Assembly: GCA_965219565.1 (NCBI GenBank)
Contig: OZ244780.1
Span: forward strand, 2,476,256 to 2,540,255
Direction of reading: 5' to 3'
DNA length: 64,000 nucleotides
Source of the DNA: Dehalococcoidia bacterium
Lineage (GTDB): Bacteria > Chloroflexota > Dehalococcoidia > Lucifugimonadales > JAGWBF01
Both the position numbers and the translations under genes were made by a program. This document shows, piece by piece, positions 1-10,010 of the stretch; the first letter of the stretch is position 1, and each line of letters opens with the position of its first letter. Under the pieces are notes generated by a model that saw only the letters and a list, made by a program, of their open reading frames with translations, was not told the DNA's origin and searched no databases.

Positions 1-398
1 GCCTGCCGGCGGGAAGCTACCTCTACAGACGAGATGTCCAGGCCCTCGAACAGCTTCAGCAAGGTGATTTCCGTCAAATGGCGGGCTATCTTGGCCTCCG
101 ACAGGCCCTCCCGGCGGACGCCGCGGTGAACATATACATGATCGCCGACTTGGACGAGGCGCTGGATCGTTACGGGAACAGGGGCTACAGAGCGGCCCAA
201 CTGGAAGGCGGCTTAATCGGCGGCAAACTGTACCTGTCAGCCTATGCCCAGCGGCTGGGCGCCACGGGGCTCACCTTCTTCGACGACGACGTAACGACCT
301 TCTTTTCTCCCTCCGCCGAAGGAAAAGGCGTCATGTTTTTGGTGGCTGTAGGAACACCTCTCCGCCGGAGGGTTCGCAGGCCCGCGTCGCCCGCTTAG
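1..398 (+). CDS. SagB-type / nitroreductase-family dehydrogenase, C-terminal part (5-prime end outside window)
   Basis: Frame is open from the window edge (LPAGSYLYRRDVQALEQL...). C-terminal YGNRGYRAAQLEGGLIGGKLYLSAYAQRLGATGLTFFDDD is typical of the nitroreductase/SagB fold. Confidence 0.6.
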   Translation, partial: LPAGSYLYRRDVQALEQLQQGDFRQMAGYLGLRQALPADAAVNIYMIADLDEALDRYGNRGYRAAQLEGGLIGGKLYLSAYAQRLGATGLTFFDDDVTTFFSPSAEGKGVMFLVAVGTPLRRRVRRPASPA

Positions 399-542
399 CC
401 GCCCACTTTGGGATGCTATCTCCCATGTCGCCTTAGAAGACGGTGTCAACCAGAAGCAGGACTACACGTTGGCCCCCAACACTGACCACAGGATTCTTGC
501 TCCTGCCTATAACTGGTCAGCATAGCTTGGCAGGCGCCTCGG

Positions 543-953
543 TTACGCGGGTCTGAAGGCCAACCCCGGCGTCTCGGGGTCCATGTCTTCCAGGTCCAAC
601 ATCACGTCGGAGCCGGTCTTAATGGAGCCGGGGTTGGAGGCGTCCACACCTCTGATCACACCGCCGATGCGAGGCCCCTCCTCCAGAGTCACGATCCCGG
701 AGCAGTAAGGGTTGTCCCGCCCGTAGCCTTTGTCGATCATGCGGTTCGGCGCCACCGAGATGCAGGTGAAGGTGCTTAGCTTCCCCTTGCCCGAAAACTC
801 AGCCCACTCGACGTCCCTGGACTTGCACCCTCTGCAAATGCTCCTGGGCTCGACCGACAGGAGGCCGCAACTCTTGCAGCGGACTCCCATCAGCTTCCCC
901 TCTTCTTTCAGGTATGCGTAAAAGGAATCTCCTGTGAATGGACGCTCTGCCAT
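543..953 (-). CDS. DUF35 OB-fold / zinc-ribbon protein (thiolase partner)
   Basis: 136 aa with CKSCG...CRGC zinc ribbon followed by an OB-fold-like segment. Its start lies 2 nt after the stop of the upstream thiolase-like gene. Confidence 0.75.
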   Translation of the reverse strand: MAERPFTGDSFYAYLKEEGKLMGVRCKSCGLLSVEPRSICRGCKSRDVEWAEFSGKGKLSTFTCISVAPNRMIDKGYGRDNPYCSGIVTLEEGPRIGGVIRGVDASNPGSIKTGSDVMLDLEDMDPETPGLAFRPA

Positions 954-955
954 GT

Positions 956-2233
956 CTACTCTTCCCTGCCGAGGATGTTCACGACGCAGGTGCCGCCGGT
1001 GCCGCCCACATTGTGGGTCAGGCCAAGCCTCAGGTTGGGGATTCGCAGCTGCCGGTCTCCAGCCTCTTCCCGCAACTGGTGGAAGACCTCGATGACCTGG
1101 CCGACTCCAGACGCTCCGACCGGATGCCCCTTGGCCTTAAGTCCTCCGGAAGTGTTAATGGGTTTATCTCCAGTGCGCGCTGTCCGTCCTTCATCCACCG
1201 CCCTGGCCCCCTCGCCGGGGTTGAAGAAACCCAGGTCCTCGGTGGCAACAATTTCGGCAATGGTGAAGCAGTCGTGGACCTCTGCGAACTGGATGTCTCT
1301 GCCGGTCACCCCAGCCATCTCGTAAGCCCGTGCCGACGCGGACTTGGCGGAGGACAGGGAGGTGAGCTCGTCGGAATCGTGGAGCGCCCGTCCGGTCGCC
1401 TGGCCGACGCCCAGAACTCGTATCGGTTTGTCGGTGAAGTTGTGGGCCAGGTCCGACGCCGTCAACAGCACACACGTGCCCCCGTCGGTTATGGGGGCGC
1501 AGTCATAGAGGCGCAGCGGCCAGGCTATCCATGGATTGGCCCTGGGGTCGTTCAGGAAGTCCATGCCGGTCTTCCACGGCGGCACGGGGTCTCCCCTTTG
1601 CTCTGCCCTGGCTATGCGCCGGGCCATCACGTCGTCGATGGTCTGGTTAAACTGGGCTTTGGGGTTCAGGGCGCCGTTGTTGTGGTTCTTGATGCAGACC
1701 TTGAGCAGATGGTCCAGGTTGGTCTCGTAACGGTCCATGTGGGCTTTGGCTAAGGCTCCATAGATTCCCGGGAAGGTGACTCCCGCCGGGACCTCGTACT
1801 GGGCGTCCGCGGCAGTGGCCAGCACGTCGGTGACGCCCTCGGTGGGCAGGTCGGTCATTTTCTCCACGCCGCCTACCAGCACGATGTCATAGAGGCCTGA
1901 GGCTATGGCCATGATGCCTTCTCGGAACGCGCTGCCGCTGGACGCGCAGGCGTTCTCTATACGGGTCACGGGCGTGGGAGTCAGCCCCAGCCAGTCGGCC
2001 AGGATGGGGGCGGTATGGCCCTGCCCCTCGAACAGGTCGGAGGAGTAGTTGCCTACGTAGGCGGTCTCGATATCCTCGGTGTCTATGCCCTGGTCGAGAC
2101 TTTCCAGCATGTCCTGAAAGGCCTCGGTAAAGAGGTCGCGGCTGTTCTTGTCTTTGTAGGCGCCAAAGTGGGACATTCCGGCCCCCACTATGGATACCGA
2201 CCGTCCCAGTTGACGTTTCCTTTGGGATGTCAT
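956..2233 (-). CDS. thiolase-like protein (SCP-x / lipid-transfer type)
   Basis: 425 aa. N-terminal VSIVGAGMSHFG, active-site-like IENACASSGSAF, C-terminal GHPVGASG and NVGGTGGTCVV. AGGAGG RBS upstream. Confidence 0.85.
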   Translation of the reverse strand: MTSQRKRQLGRSVSIVGAGMSHFGAYKDKNSRDLFTEAFQDMLESLDQGIDTEDIETAYVGNYSSDLFEGQGHTAPILADWLGLTPTPVTRIENACASSGSAFREGIMAIASGLYDIVLVGGVEKMTDLPTEGVTDVLATAADAQYEVPAGVTFPGIYGALAKAHMDRYETNLDHLLKVCIKNHNNGALNPKAQFNQTIDDVMARRIARAEQRGDPVPPWKTGMDFLNDPRANPWIAWPLRLYDCAPITDGGTCVLLTASDLAHNFTDKPIRVLGVGQATGRALHDSDELTSLSSAKSASARAYEMAGVTGRDIQFAEVHDCFTIAEIVATEDLGFFNPGEGARAVDEGRTARTGDKPINTSGGLKAKGHPVGASGVGQVIEVFHQLREEAGDRQLRIPNLRLGLTHNVGGTGGTCVVNILGREE

Positions 2234-2331
2234 CTACGTTCCTCCTGAAGGGGCCAGATAAGGTCCAATCCTATCCTGGGCAACCGCTGCAATTATCCCC
2301 AGCCCTGACTATGCCGTCAACCGACGTCGGA

Positions 2332-3279
2332 CTACCACCAATGGGTTTCGTCTAGGTCGCTGTCGCCTTCGAGGGCTGCACCCCAGGGGCGGGAGGGGAG
2401 GTACTTCCAGGCTCCGTCGGAGAACATGGCGACGATGTTCCCCGTTTCACCGGCGGAGGCCATTCTTCTGGCTACTCGCTGGGCTACGTGGAGGGTTGCG
2501 CCCGACGACACGCCAGCCATGATTCCCTCGGCTTCGATGACCGACTTAGCCGCCGCTATGGCCGTGGCGCTATCCACCAGGAACCTTCCCGACAGCATCT
2601 TCAGGTCGAGAAGGGGAGGGACGTAACCTTCCGACAGGCTTCTGAGCCCCTGGAGGGACTGGCCCATGCGCGGCTCTACCCCAATGATTTTGACCTTTGG
2701 GTTTGCTTCCTTGAGGCGTCTGCCCACTCCCATGATGGTGCCAGCAGTGCCGATTCCGGCGACGAACACGTCCACCGGGTCCAAGGCCTCCACGATTTCC
2801 CTGCCCGTTGCGGTATAGTGGGTCTCCATGTTGGTGCGGTCGTCGAACTGCCCCAGGTATTGCCATCCGTTCGCCTTAGCGAGAGCTTGCGCGTGATCGA
2901 TGGCGCCTTTCATGCCCAGGCCTGGCTCGCACCATACCACCTCAGCGCCAAGGAGCCTAAGTATGTCCGCTATGCTGGGCACGACCTCCGGGGGTATGAC
3001 CACCTTCACGTTGTACCCGCGCTGCTTGCCCACCATGCACGACGCAATGGCCGTATTGCCGCTGGAGGCTTCGATGATGGTGTCGCCCGGTTTGAGGCGT
3101 CCCTGGGCCTCGGCCTGCTCCACCATAGCCTTGACTATCCGGTCCTTGATGCTGCCGCTGGGGTTCTGACCTTCCAGCTTGGCAAATATGCGGACGCCGT
3201 CCGTGTCGGGGGATGCCAATTTGGACAGCTCCACTAAGGGCGTGTTCCCTATGAGGTCCAACAGCGAAGATATCGTCAT
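2332..3279 (-). CDS. cysteine synthase family PLP enzyme (CysK/CysM type)
   Basis: 315 aa. LIGNTPLVEL, NPSGSIKDR (PLP lysine motif), SSGNTAIA, GIGTAGTIMG. Confidence 0.8.
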   Translation of the reverse strand: MTISSLLDLIGNTPLVELSKLASPDTDGVRIFAKLEGQNPSGSIKDRIVKAMVEQAEAQGRLKPGDTIIEASSGNTAIASCMVGKQRGYNVKVVIPPEVVPSIADILRLLGAEVVWCEPGLGMKGAIDHAQALAKANGWQYLGQFDDRTNMETHYTATGREIVEALDPVDVFVAGIGTAGTIMGVGRRLKEANPKVKIIGVEPRMGQSLQGLRSLSEGYVPPLLDLKMLSGRFLVDSATAIAAAKSVIEAEGIMAGVSSGATLHVAQRVARRMASAGETGNIVAMFSDGAWKYLPSRPWGAALEGDSDLDETHWW

Positions 3280-3284
3280 TGTCT

Positions 3285-6200
3285 CTAAGCCGTGGCGGAT
3301 ATGGAGCGGTCCCGATGGGCTGACTGGAGCATGGCCCTGGCACGGGCCATGGTCAGCGGGTCCGAGTTGGTGCGGACGACCACGTGCCCGTTTTCGGATG
3401 AAATGATGGGCATTCCGTTGTTGAATACGATTCTGTTGCCAAGGTTCGCTGGAACCCGGTCACCGGGGGTCAGTATCCCCACAAGGTTCAGCGGGTCGCA
3501 GGCTGAAACCACGGCCCAGCCTCCGTCAGACTTCTTGGCCTCCCGCAGGGACTCGACGGCCTCGGGCAGCGCGAACTGTTCCCCTGTGGTCCCAGCCACA
3601 AACCTGCCGCCCCGTATTTCGCCGCGGGCCTCCATTCTCCTTAGGGTTTTGACCAGGTCTCTCCATCGGGGAACCAGGGGTTCGCGGCCAATCAGCTCGG
3701 CGCACAGAACCCCATAGCGTCTTAGGAGCTGGTTGGCGACGGCATCTGTCGCCTCAGCGACCGGTTCCACGGGGTCCAGTGCCGACCACCTGCCAAAGCT
3801 GCGCCGCCTTTGGGTTCGCCGGAATAGGCCCGCGCGTCTTCCCTTTCCGTTAGATCCTTTGATGCGCCGCCGCAGAATCTCAACGCTGTCTGACGTGACC
3901 TTGCCAGCCGCCGCCAAAGTCCACAACGTTTCTTCCACGTCCGACGGGAGGCGATGTACATACGCCACAAGGTCCGACACGAAAGAGGCTCCCCGTTTGT
4001 TCAGGACTTCCAGGACTTCCTTGGGCCCGCCGTCGGGCAGCTCATCGTCTTCAGCGCCTGCGGCCAGCCAGTCCAGACATTCTCTCAACGCGAATGTGAT
4101 GGGCGTGTTGCGATTGAAGTTGATTCTGCCCGAAGGAGGCGGCTCGCCTTCCCGCTTCCGGGAGAGACGTCCCCAGACTATCTCACCTCCTAAGCTGAGA
4201 GAATCCAGCTGCGTGGGCTGGAGGTCGGACACGCGGGCGGCAAGAATTTCGTTCTCCCAGGCTCCGGCGGCGGCCTCGAATCCCTGAAGCTGGTCGATGA
4301 CGTCCAACAGGCCGCCCTCACCTGTGAGCTGCTTGCCAACCTCCACGTGCTGCCATCTGACCAAGAACTTGATGAAGTCAGCCGCCGGGACCGGCTCGAT
4401 TTCTTTCCTCAGCCTGGAGATAGTAGCCGCGTGGATTCGGGCTAGGATACGCCGGTCGCACAGCTCTTCCTCGTCCAGACCTTCACGGTAACGGCCCCGG
4501 ATGACCATTCCCTCAGTTTCCAGCCGGGCCACCGCCGTTTTCACCCGGCCCTCGCCGATTTTCAGCAATGCTGCCAGCTCCGAGACGGCGAAGGGACCCG
4601 ATGACTCGACCCAGCCCCGCACCATAGACAGAGTCACCTCGTCTTCAGTGACCTCAGTTCCGGAAGACGCCGACGGAGGTGCGGGATGAATGCGGGCCGA
4701 AGGGTACGCCGCTCCCACAGCCGCCAGCGACTCAGCCGCGGCAAAGGCCGACAGACCGTCGTCCGTCTCAACCAAATATGCGCGTGACGCATCTCTGAGC
4801 TCGCTGAAATAGGCGTACAGAGCGTCGATGCTTAAGCCAGTGCGCCGTGCGCCTTCCTCTTGGGGCAGACACACCAGCGTCAGCAAAGCGTCGTGGAGCT
4901 CGTCGGCGTCCCTGATGCGGGGCCAGGCATTGGCCGATTCAGTGGCTATAGCTTCCGAGTCCAGCCTTCCCAGATCCCGGCTGTCCTCGGGCAGAGCGCG
5001 TCTCAGGGTTACCGCCCGGGCCCGCCTCTCCTCCAGGGGTGCGTCGTCCAGGAAAGCGTAGGGCATTGCGTTGAGAATCTGGTGGGAGAAGGCCGACGGC
5101 TGAACGGTGTCTCTGGCGTAGACCTGAATATCCCCGGACTCTATCGACTTGAGGAGCCTCTCGAGGCCTTCCACGTCGGAGGCATCGGTCAAACAGTCCC
5201 TCATGGTCTCGAAAACCAACGGGTGGTCAGGGAGTTCCACATGGCCCATTTGGTTGTTGTCCTGGCAGGCGACCTGGGCAGGGAACACCGCCGCCAAGAG
5301 GTCGTCCGAGCGCATTCTTTGGAGAGGCGCCGGGACCTTGGAGCCGCCTGTGTGCCTGAGAATCGCCAACGCCCTGATGACGTTCCAACGCCACCTCGTC
5401 CCAAACAGGGGCGCCTGGAGCATAGCCTGTCCTAGAACGTCTCTGGCATTGGCGGACTTGAGCAAGGAAAAGGTGTCCGATACGGGAAAGGAGAGTTGCG
5501 GGTCAAGGGAGAAATTAAGGCCGTCGTCGGTGGCCGAGGCCTGCAGTTCGAAATCGAAGGTGCGGCAGATATTCTTCCTCAGGGCCATTCCCCAGGCCCG
5601 GTTGATGCGTGACCCTAATGGAGCATGAATGACCAGTTGCATCCCGCCGCTTTCGTCGAAGAACCGCTCGGCGACGATTCGGTTTCCGGTGGGCACCATT
5701 CCAAGGACACGTTTGCCTTCCTCGATATAGGCGACCATCTGCCCAGCGGCTTCCTCGGAAACTCCGGCGGCATGCATCAGCCAGGAGCGGGCCTCTCCCG
5801 GCCTGTCGAGCCGCCTGTCGATGCCGTCGCGGACGGCGGACACCTCATCGGAAAGCTCCCAGGTGCGTCCCGGCGCCTCACCCAGCCAGAAGGGAATGGT
5901 AGGAGCCTGGCCTTGGGCGTCCTCCACTCTCACCCGGCCCTGCTCGACTCTTCTGATTTTCCAGGGGGTGTTGCCCAGGAGAAACACGTCGCCGGCCATG
6001 CTCTCGATGGCGAAGTCTTCGTTTACAGTGCCCACGAAAGCGCCCTCCGGGTCCAGTACCACGTCATAGTCGGCGTTGTCCGGGATAGCTCCTCCGCTGG
6101 TCATGGCCGCTAACCCGGCTCCTCTCCTGCCTTTAAGCTTGCCGTTGACCCCGTCCCGGTGGAGATAAGCCCCTCTCCTCCCCAAGCGGTCCGAATATCC

Positions 6201-7577
6201 TCTGGACAACGTCTCCACCACGCTGTCGAACCTATCCCTCGGAAGGTCCTTGTAGGGGTAGGCCCGCGTGAACATTTCGTACAGGCCGTCCTCTTCCCAC
6301 TCTTCCACGGAACAGGCGGCGACCATCTGCTGGGCCAGGACATCCAGCGGCCAGGGGGGAATCGACAGGGCGTCCAGGTTCCGGTCTGAGATTGCCTTCA
6401 TGAGCGCCGCGCACTCGATAAGCTCGTCCCTGGTCAGAGGGAACAGCCTTCCCTTGGGTGTCCCGCCAACCGTATGCCCCGACCTGCCCACCCTTTGGAG
6501 AAGAAGACCGATAGACCGTGGAGAACCTATCTGGCACACCAGGTCCACCACCCCAACGTCTATGCCAAGCTCCAGGGAAGCGGTGGCCACGCATACTTTG
6601 ATGCCCCCGGACTTGAGCTTCTCTTCGGCGTCCAGGCGTGTGGCCCTGGAAAGGCTGCCGTGATGGGCGGCCACAGAATCCTCACCCAGCCTAAGGGACA
6701 GTTGGTGGGCCACCCGCTCCACTAAACGCCGGGTGTTTACGAACACTAGCGTCGTGCCGTGCTCACGGACCAAGCCAGCTATGTCATCGAGTGTGTCAGC
6801 CCAAAGCTCGTGGGTGGCGATGGGGCCCAACTCCATTTCCTTGGGGAGGGCCAGGTCGATGTCCATCTGTCGACTGTGTCCGGTGTCCACTATTGTGCAC
6901 TCAGGATCGCCCGCGTCAGACATGTTGGAAGCCCCGACTAGAAGCCGGGCCACGTCTTCAATGGGCTTCTGCGTGGCGGAGAGTCCTATTCTGGTGACGG
7001 GGCCGTCGGCCAGAGAACACAGCCTTTCCACCGACAAGGCCAGGTGGGAACCTCTTTTGTCGTCGGCTACTGCGTGTATCTCGTCCAGTATGAGGGTTTT
7101 CACTCCCTTGAGTCCCCTGCGCCCGCTTTTCGAGGTCAGCAGGATATAGAGGGATTCCGGCGTGGTTATGAGGATGTGCGGCGGGTTCTTGGCCATCTTC
7201 TGACGCTGGGACGCGGGAGTGTCCCCAGTCCGCACCTCGGACCGAATCTCAGGCAGCATCATACCCCGCGTTTCGGCCAGTTCGGAAATCTCCTGCAGGG
7301 GAACGGAGAGGTTCTTGTGGATGTCGTTGGAGAGAGCCTTAAGGGGTGAGACGTACACCACCTGGGTGGTTTCCGGCAGACCTTCCTCGACACCCGTACG
7401 CACCAGTCGGTCAACACAATTCAGAAAGGCGGCCAGCGTCTTGCCGGAACCGGTGGGAGCCGCTATGAGCGTATGACGGCCCTGGGCAATGGCTTCCCAC
7501 CCCTCGGCCTGGGCCTGGGTGGGGGCCTGGAACCTATCCAGGAACCAGTCTCTTACGATGGGATGAAAGTTGTCCAT
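3285..7577 (-). CDS. lhr: Lhr-type large ATP-dependent DEAD/DEAH helicase
   Basis: About 1430 aa. MDNFHPIVRDWF..., Walker A AAPTGSGKT, DEIH box, a long Lhr-type C-terminal domain. Start is taken at the internal MDNFH (7577), not ORF start 7625, which would overlap vapC. Confidence 0.85.
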   Translation of the reverse strand: MDNFHPIVRDWFLDRFQAPTQAQAEGWEAIAQGRHTLIAAPTGSGKTLAAFLNCVDRLVRTGVEEGLPETTQVVYVSPLKALSNDIHKNLSVPLQEISELAETRGMMLPEIRSEVRTGDTPASQRQKMAKNPPHILITTPESLYILLTSKSGRRGLKGVKTLILDEIHAVADDKRGSHLALSVERLCSLADGPVTRIGLSATQKPIEDVARLLVGASNMSDAGDPECTIVDTGHSRQMDIDLALPKEMELGPIATHELWADTLDDIAGLVREHGTTLVFVNTRRLVERVAHQLSLRLGEDSVAAHHGSLSRATRLDAEEKLKSGGIKVCVATASLELGIDVGVVDLVCQIGSPRSIGLLLQRVGRSGHTVGGTPKGRLFPLTRDELIECAALMKAISDRNLDALSIPPWPLDVLAQQMVAACSVEEWEEDGLYEMFTRAYPYKDLPRDRFDSVVETLSRGYSDRLGRRGAYLHRDGVNGKLKGRRGAGLAAMTSGGAIPDNADYDVVLDPEGAFVGTVNEDFAIESMAGDVFLLGNTPWKIRRVEQGRVRVEDAQGQAPTIPFWLGEAPGRTWELSDEVSAVRDGIDRRLDRPGEARSWLMHAAGVSEEAAGQMVAYIEEGKRVLGMVPTGNRIVAERFFDESGGMQLVIHAPLGSRINRAWGMALRKNICRTFDFELQASATDDGLNFSLDPQLSFPVSDTFSLLKSANARDVLGQAMLQAPLFGTRWRWNVIRALAILRHTGGSKVPAPLQRMRSDDLLAAVFPAQVACQDNNQMGHVELPDHPLVFETMRDCLTDASDVEGLERLLKSIESGDIQVYARDTVQPSAFSHQILNAMPYAFLDDAPLEERRARAVTLRRALPEDSRDLGRLDSEAIATESANAWPRIRDADELHDALLTLVCLPQEEGARRTGLSIDALYAYFSELRDASRAYLVETDDGLSAFAAAESLAAVGAAYPSARIHPAPPSASSGTEVTEDEVTLSMVRGWVESSGPFAVSELAALLKIGEGRVKTAVARLETEGMVIRGRYREGLDEEELCDRRILARIHAATISRLRKEIEPVPAADFIKFLVRWQHVEVGKQLTGEGGLLDVIDQLQGFEAAAGAWENEILAARVSDLQPTQLDSLSLGGEIVWGRLSRKREGEPPPSGRINFNRNTPITFALRECLDWLAAGAEDDELPDGGPKEVLEVLNKRGASFVSDLVAYVHRLPSDVEETLWTLAAAGKVTSDSVEILRRRIKGSNGKGRRAGLFRRTQRRRSFGRWSALDPVEPVAEATDAVANQLLRRYGVLCAELIGREPLVPRWRDLVKTLRRMEARGEIRGGRFVAGTTGEQFALPEAVESLREAKKSDGGWAVVSACDPLNLVGILTPGDRVPANLGNRIVFNNGMPIISSENGHVVVRTNSDPLTMARARAMLQSAHRDRSISATA

Positions 7578-7587
7578 TAGTCGATGG

Positions 7588-7995
7588 CTATTCGCTTTCG
7601 AACGGATTTTGCAACTCCACACCAAAATCAGCGAAATCTCGCAGATTTCTGGTAACCACAGTCAACCTGTGCACCTTGGCTGTTGCCGCGATCATGGCGT
7701 CCATTGCTAGAACGTTTGACTTTCCGTACATGAGGCGCGCCCATTCTCGGAAAATAGGGGCGTCCATCGACAAGACGCTGTACGAGGTTAGAACTTTATC
7801 GAGCCATTCCTCCAACTCTGCTGACTTTGTTCTGTCCCGACCGCGAGTGTTCTCGATTCCTGACTGTATCTCTCCCACGGTCACTGCGGATATGAAGAGC
7901 TCATACGCCGGCACGTCAGCCATCCATGCCAAGACGGCCCGATGTGGGTGTTGACGTCTCATTTCCGAAACTACATTGGTGTCGAGGAGGTACAT
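7588..7995 (-). CDS. vapC: PIN-domain toxin (VapC/FitB type)
   Basis: MYLLDTNVVSE... with PIN acidic residues. Start at the internal Met (7995), 4 nt after the antitoxin stop. The upstream 28 codons of the tracked ORF overlap the antitoxin. Confidence 0.8.
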   Translation of the reverse strand: MYLLDTNVVSEMRRQHPHRAVLAWMADVPAYELFISAVTVGEIQSGIENTRGRDRTKSAELEEWLDKVLTSYSVLSMDAPIFREWARLMYGKSNVLAMDAMIAATAKVHRLTVVTRNLRDFADFGVELQNPFESE

Positions 7996-7999
7996 AGAC

Positions 8000-8260
8000 C
8001 TACTCGAACTCTGGAGCGGTCCGGAGGTGAAGTGTCCGACGCGGAGGAGTAAGCTCTTCAGTCCGCGCTTCCGGCGCAAGAAGCAGTTCTTTTAGGTTCG
8101 GCCTCGTCATCTCCTCCAGTCTCCGCCAATGTTCGATGGGAAGGAGTACGGCCGTTTCGACCCCGCGCTTGGTCACTATCTGGGGGCCATCCGACAAGCT
8201 GGCTTCAAGGAACTCGCTGAACCTCGCCTTAGCGTCTTGCACCTGCCATGTCCTACTCAT
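8000..8260 (-). CDS. Phd/YefM-type type II antitoxin
   Basis: 86 aa. WQVQDAKARFSEFLE...GPQIVTKRGVETAVLLPIEHWRRL is typical of the prevent-host-death family. Immediately upstream of the PIN toxin. Confidence 0.75.
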   Translation of the reverse strand: MSRTWQVQDAKARFSEFLEASLSDGPQIVTKRGVETAVLLPIEHWRRLEEMTRPNLKELLLAPEARTEELTPPRRTLHLRTAPEFE

Positions 8261-8284
8261 GCTTCCTCCAGCGATAACTACACT

Positions 8285-8304
8285 GACTAGATAGAAGACT
8301 AGTC
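8285..8304. promoter_or_regulatory. inverted repeat GACTAG-N8-CTAGTC, candidate toxin-antitoxin operator
   Basis: 6-bp arms at 8285-8290 and 8299-8304, 25-45 nt upstream of the antitoxin start. TA operons are commonly autoregulated at such palindromes. Confidence 0.3.
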
Positions 8305-8370
8305 TACAACACTTGAACTGTCAATGCAGGTCAATGGGCGACGCCTGTTAAGGCCAGCATGCACACGCAA

Positions 8371-8883
8371 CTACAAGTCGTACTTGTAGGCGTAGACTAC
8401 GTAGTCGGGCCTGGGATGGTGGTCGAACTGAGGAACCCTTTCAAAACCCATACGCTCATACATGCCCCTGGCGGTGGCCATGACCTGCGTCGTGTGGAGG
8501 CCAACGACAGGGATTCCCCTGGCGCGGCACATTTCCAGACACTCGTTCATCATCGCCTTGGCTACGCCCAGACCTCGGGCGTCGGGATGCACCGACACCA
8601 GTCGGATTCCGGCCCAGCCCTCGGGCCAAGACCCAGCGCCTCCCCTGTAGCCGTCCAAGTAAAGGGTGATTGAGCCAATGATGCGACCGTCCAACTCCGC
8701 CACGACCAACTCGGACTCATGGGCCCGGCTCTGCACGTCGGCCTGGCTCTGCTCGTAGCGTTCCCACCATTCCGGCGGGTAGTGGGCCTTATACTCCCGG
8801 TAGGCGGCCTGGATCACCTTGCCGACGGCATCAAATTCGTCGGCGGAGGCTGTCCTTATTTTCAATGTCCTGTTTCCCGCCAT
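8371..8883 (-). CDS. GNAT family N-acetyltransferase
   Basis: 170 aa. Acetyl-CoA-binding segment VHPDARGLGVAKAMMNECLEMCRARG and a C-terminal YERMGF. Confidence 0.8.
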   Translation of the reverse strand: MAGNRTLKIRTASADEFDAVGKVIQAAYREYKAHYPPEWWERYEQSQADVQSRAHESELVVAELDGRIIGSITLYLDGYRGGAGSWPEGWAGIRLVSVHPDARGLGVAKAMMNECLEMCRARGIPVVGLHTTQVMATARGMYERMGFERVPQFDHHPRPDYVVYAYKYDL

Positions 8884-9067
8884 GAGTTTGTCTCCCCGAA
8901 ACTCCGTCCCTCCAGCGGGGGAGCTCCCACAGGTATGATTATCGACACTGACGAAAAATTATGCAAAGGTCATACTCCACACGTTTAGATTAACACCACG
9001 CGGCTGAAGGGCGAAAGGCGCATCGCTGCAAGCCACGCGGTGTTGGGGTCTATCGCCAAGGTGTATA

Positions 9068-9985
9068 ATGGCACGAAGAGGCCCCGCTTTATCCACTATG
9101 GACTACGTGAACATTCATGAACAGCCCGACGGCAAAGCCCGCCATCTGATTACCAGCTTCAAAGGCTGGCCCGACGCGGGAGAGGGCGCCAGCAGCGCTC
9201 TGCGTTATCTTATTCGCAAACTCCCCGCCCGGAAGTTCGCCGAACTCGATTCAGAGGACTTCTACGACTTCACCCAGACACGCCCGCAGACCAGCATCAA
9301 CAGCCAGGGTGCGAGAGTGGTCCGCTGGCCCGCCAACGAGCTGTTCATGCAGCCTTCGGCTGACGGTTCCGAGGGCGTCATGGTCTTTCTGGGTGTGGAA
9401 CCCAACCTGAAATGGCGGACCTTTGCACGGTCCGTGCTCGACGTAGCGGAAATTTCAGGGGTCGATTCGGTGATTCACGTCGGCTCTCTTCTGGACGCCG
9501 TTCCCCACACCAGGCCCGTTCAACTCACCGGGTCGTCTAACGGCGCCGACTTGAAGAAGTCGCTGGAAGGGAACCGCATCGGGACATCCAGCTACCAAGG
9601 CCCCACCGGAATCACTTCGGCCTTCATGGAGGGGTGTTCCCAGAGGGGAATAAGCTTCGCCAGTCTCTGGGGCCACATTCCTCACTACCTTCAAGCCGCC
9701 CCCAACTACCGCGTGGGCTACGCTCTGGTGGACGTATTGATCAAGTTGTTGGGGGTCTCGATACCTCTGGACGAGCTGCGTTCGGCTGCCTCCACCTTCG
9801 ACGACGAGGTGGAAAAGGCGGTTTCCAAGGACAGCCAGATAAGCGCCTACGTGGGAAAACTGGAACAGCAGTACGACGAGGCCAGGTCTCTCATTCACGG
9901 AGACGCGTTACAGCCGGACGAAGTCGTGAAAGACCTGGAAGAGTTCCTGAAGGAGCAGCGCTCAGGCGGAGAAGGCTTTTATTGA
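9068..9985 (+). CDS. PAC2 (proteasome assembly chaperone 2-like) family protein
   Basis: 305 aa. LITSFKGWPDAGEGAS..., GVEPNLKW, YQGPTGITS. Start could be MDYV at 9098. Ends TGA followed directly by TAA. Confidence 0.7.
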   Translation: MARRGPALSTMDYVNIHEQPDGKARHLITSFKGWPDAGEGASSALRYLIRKLPARKFAELDSEDFYDFTQTRPQTSINSQGARVVRWPANELFMQPSADGSEGVMVFLGVEPNLKWRTFARSVLDVAEISGVDSVIHVGSLLDAVPHTRPVQLTGSSNGADLKKSLEGNRIGTSSYQGPTGITSAFMEGCSQRGISFASLWGHIPHYLQAAPNYRVGYALVDVLIKLLGVSIPLDELRSAASTFDDEVEKAVSKDSQISAYVGKLEQQYDEARSLIHGDALQPDEVVKDLEEFLKEQRSGGEGFY

Positions 9986-10010
9986 TAATTCAAGGCGATG
10001 CCCGTTTCAC

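Noticed and set aside
7578-7625. 16-codon N-terminal extension of lhr (tracked start 7625), which overlaps the 3-prime end of vapC
   Set aside because: The conserved Lhr N-terminus begins at MDNFHPIVRDWF (7577). The extension is not needed and would overlap the 3-prime end of the neighbouring gene.
9983-9985. The idea that TGA is a sense codon genome-wide (an alternative genetic code), which would explain the two in-frame TGAs
   Set aside because: TGA clearly terminates ordinary genes here. The PAC2 gene ends TGA followed directly by TAA at 9983-9988. The DUF35 gene ends at 30148-30150 in a start/stop overlap, and the cupin gene ends at 31788-31790. The two internal TGAs are special cases at conserved Cys positions.
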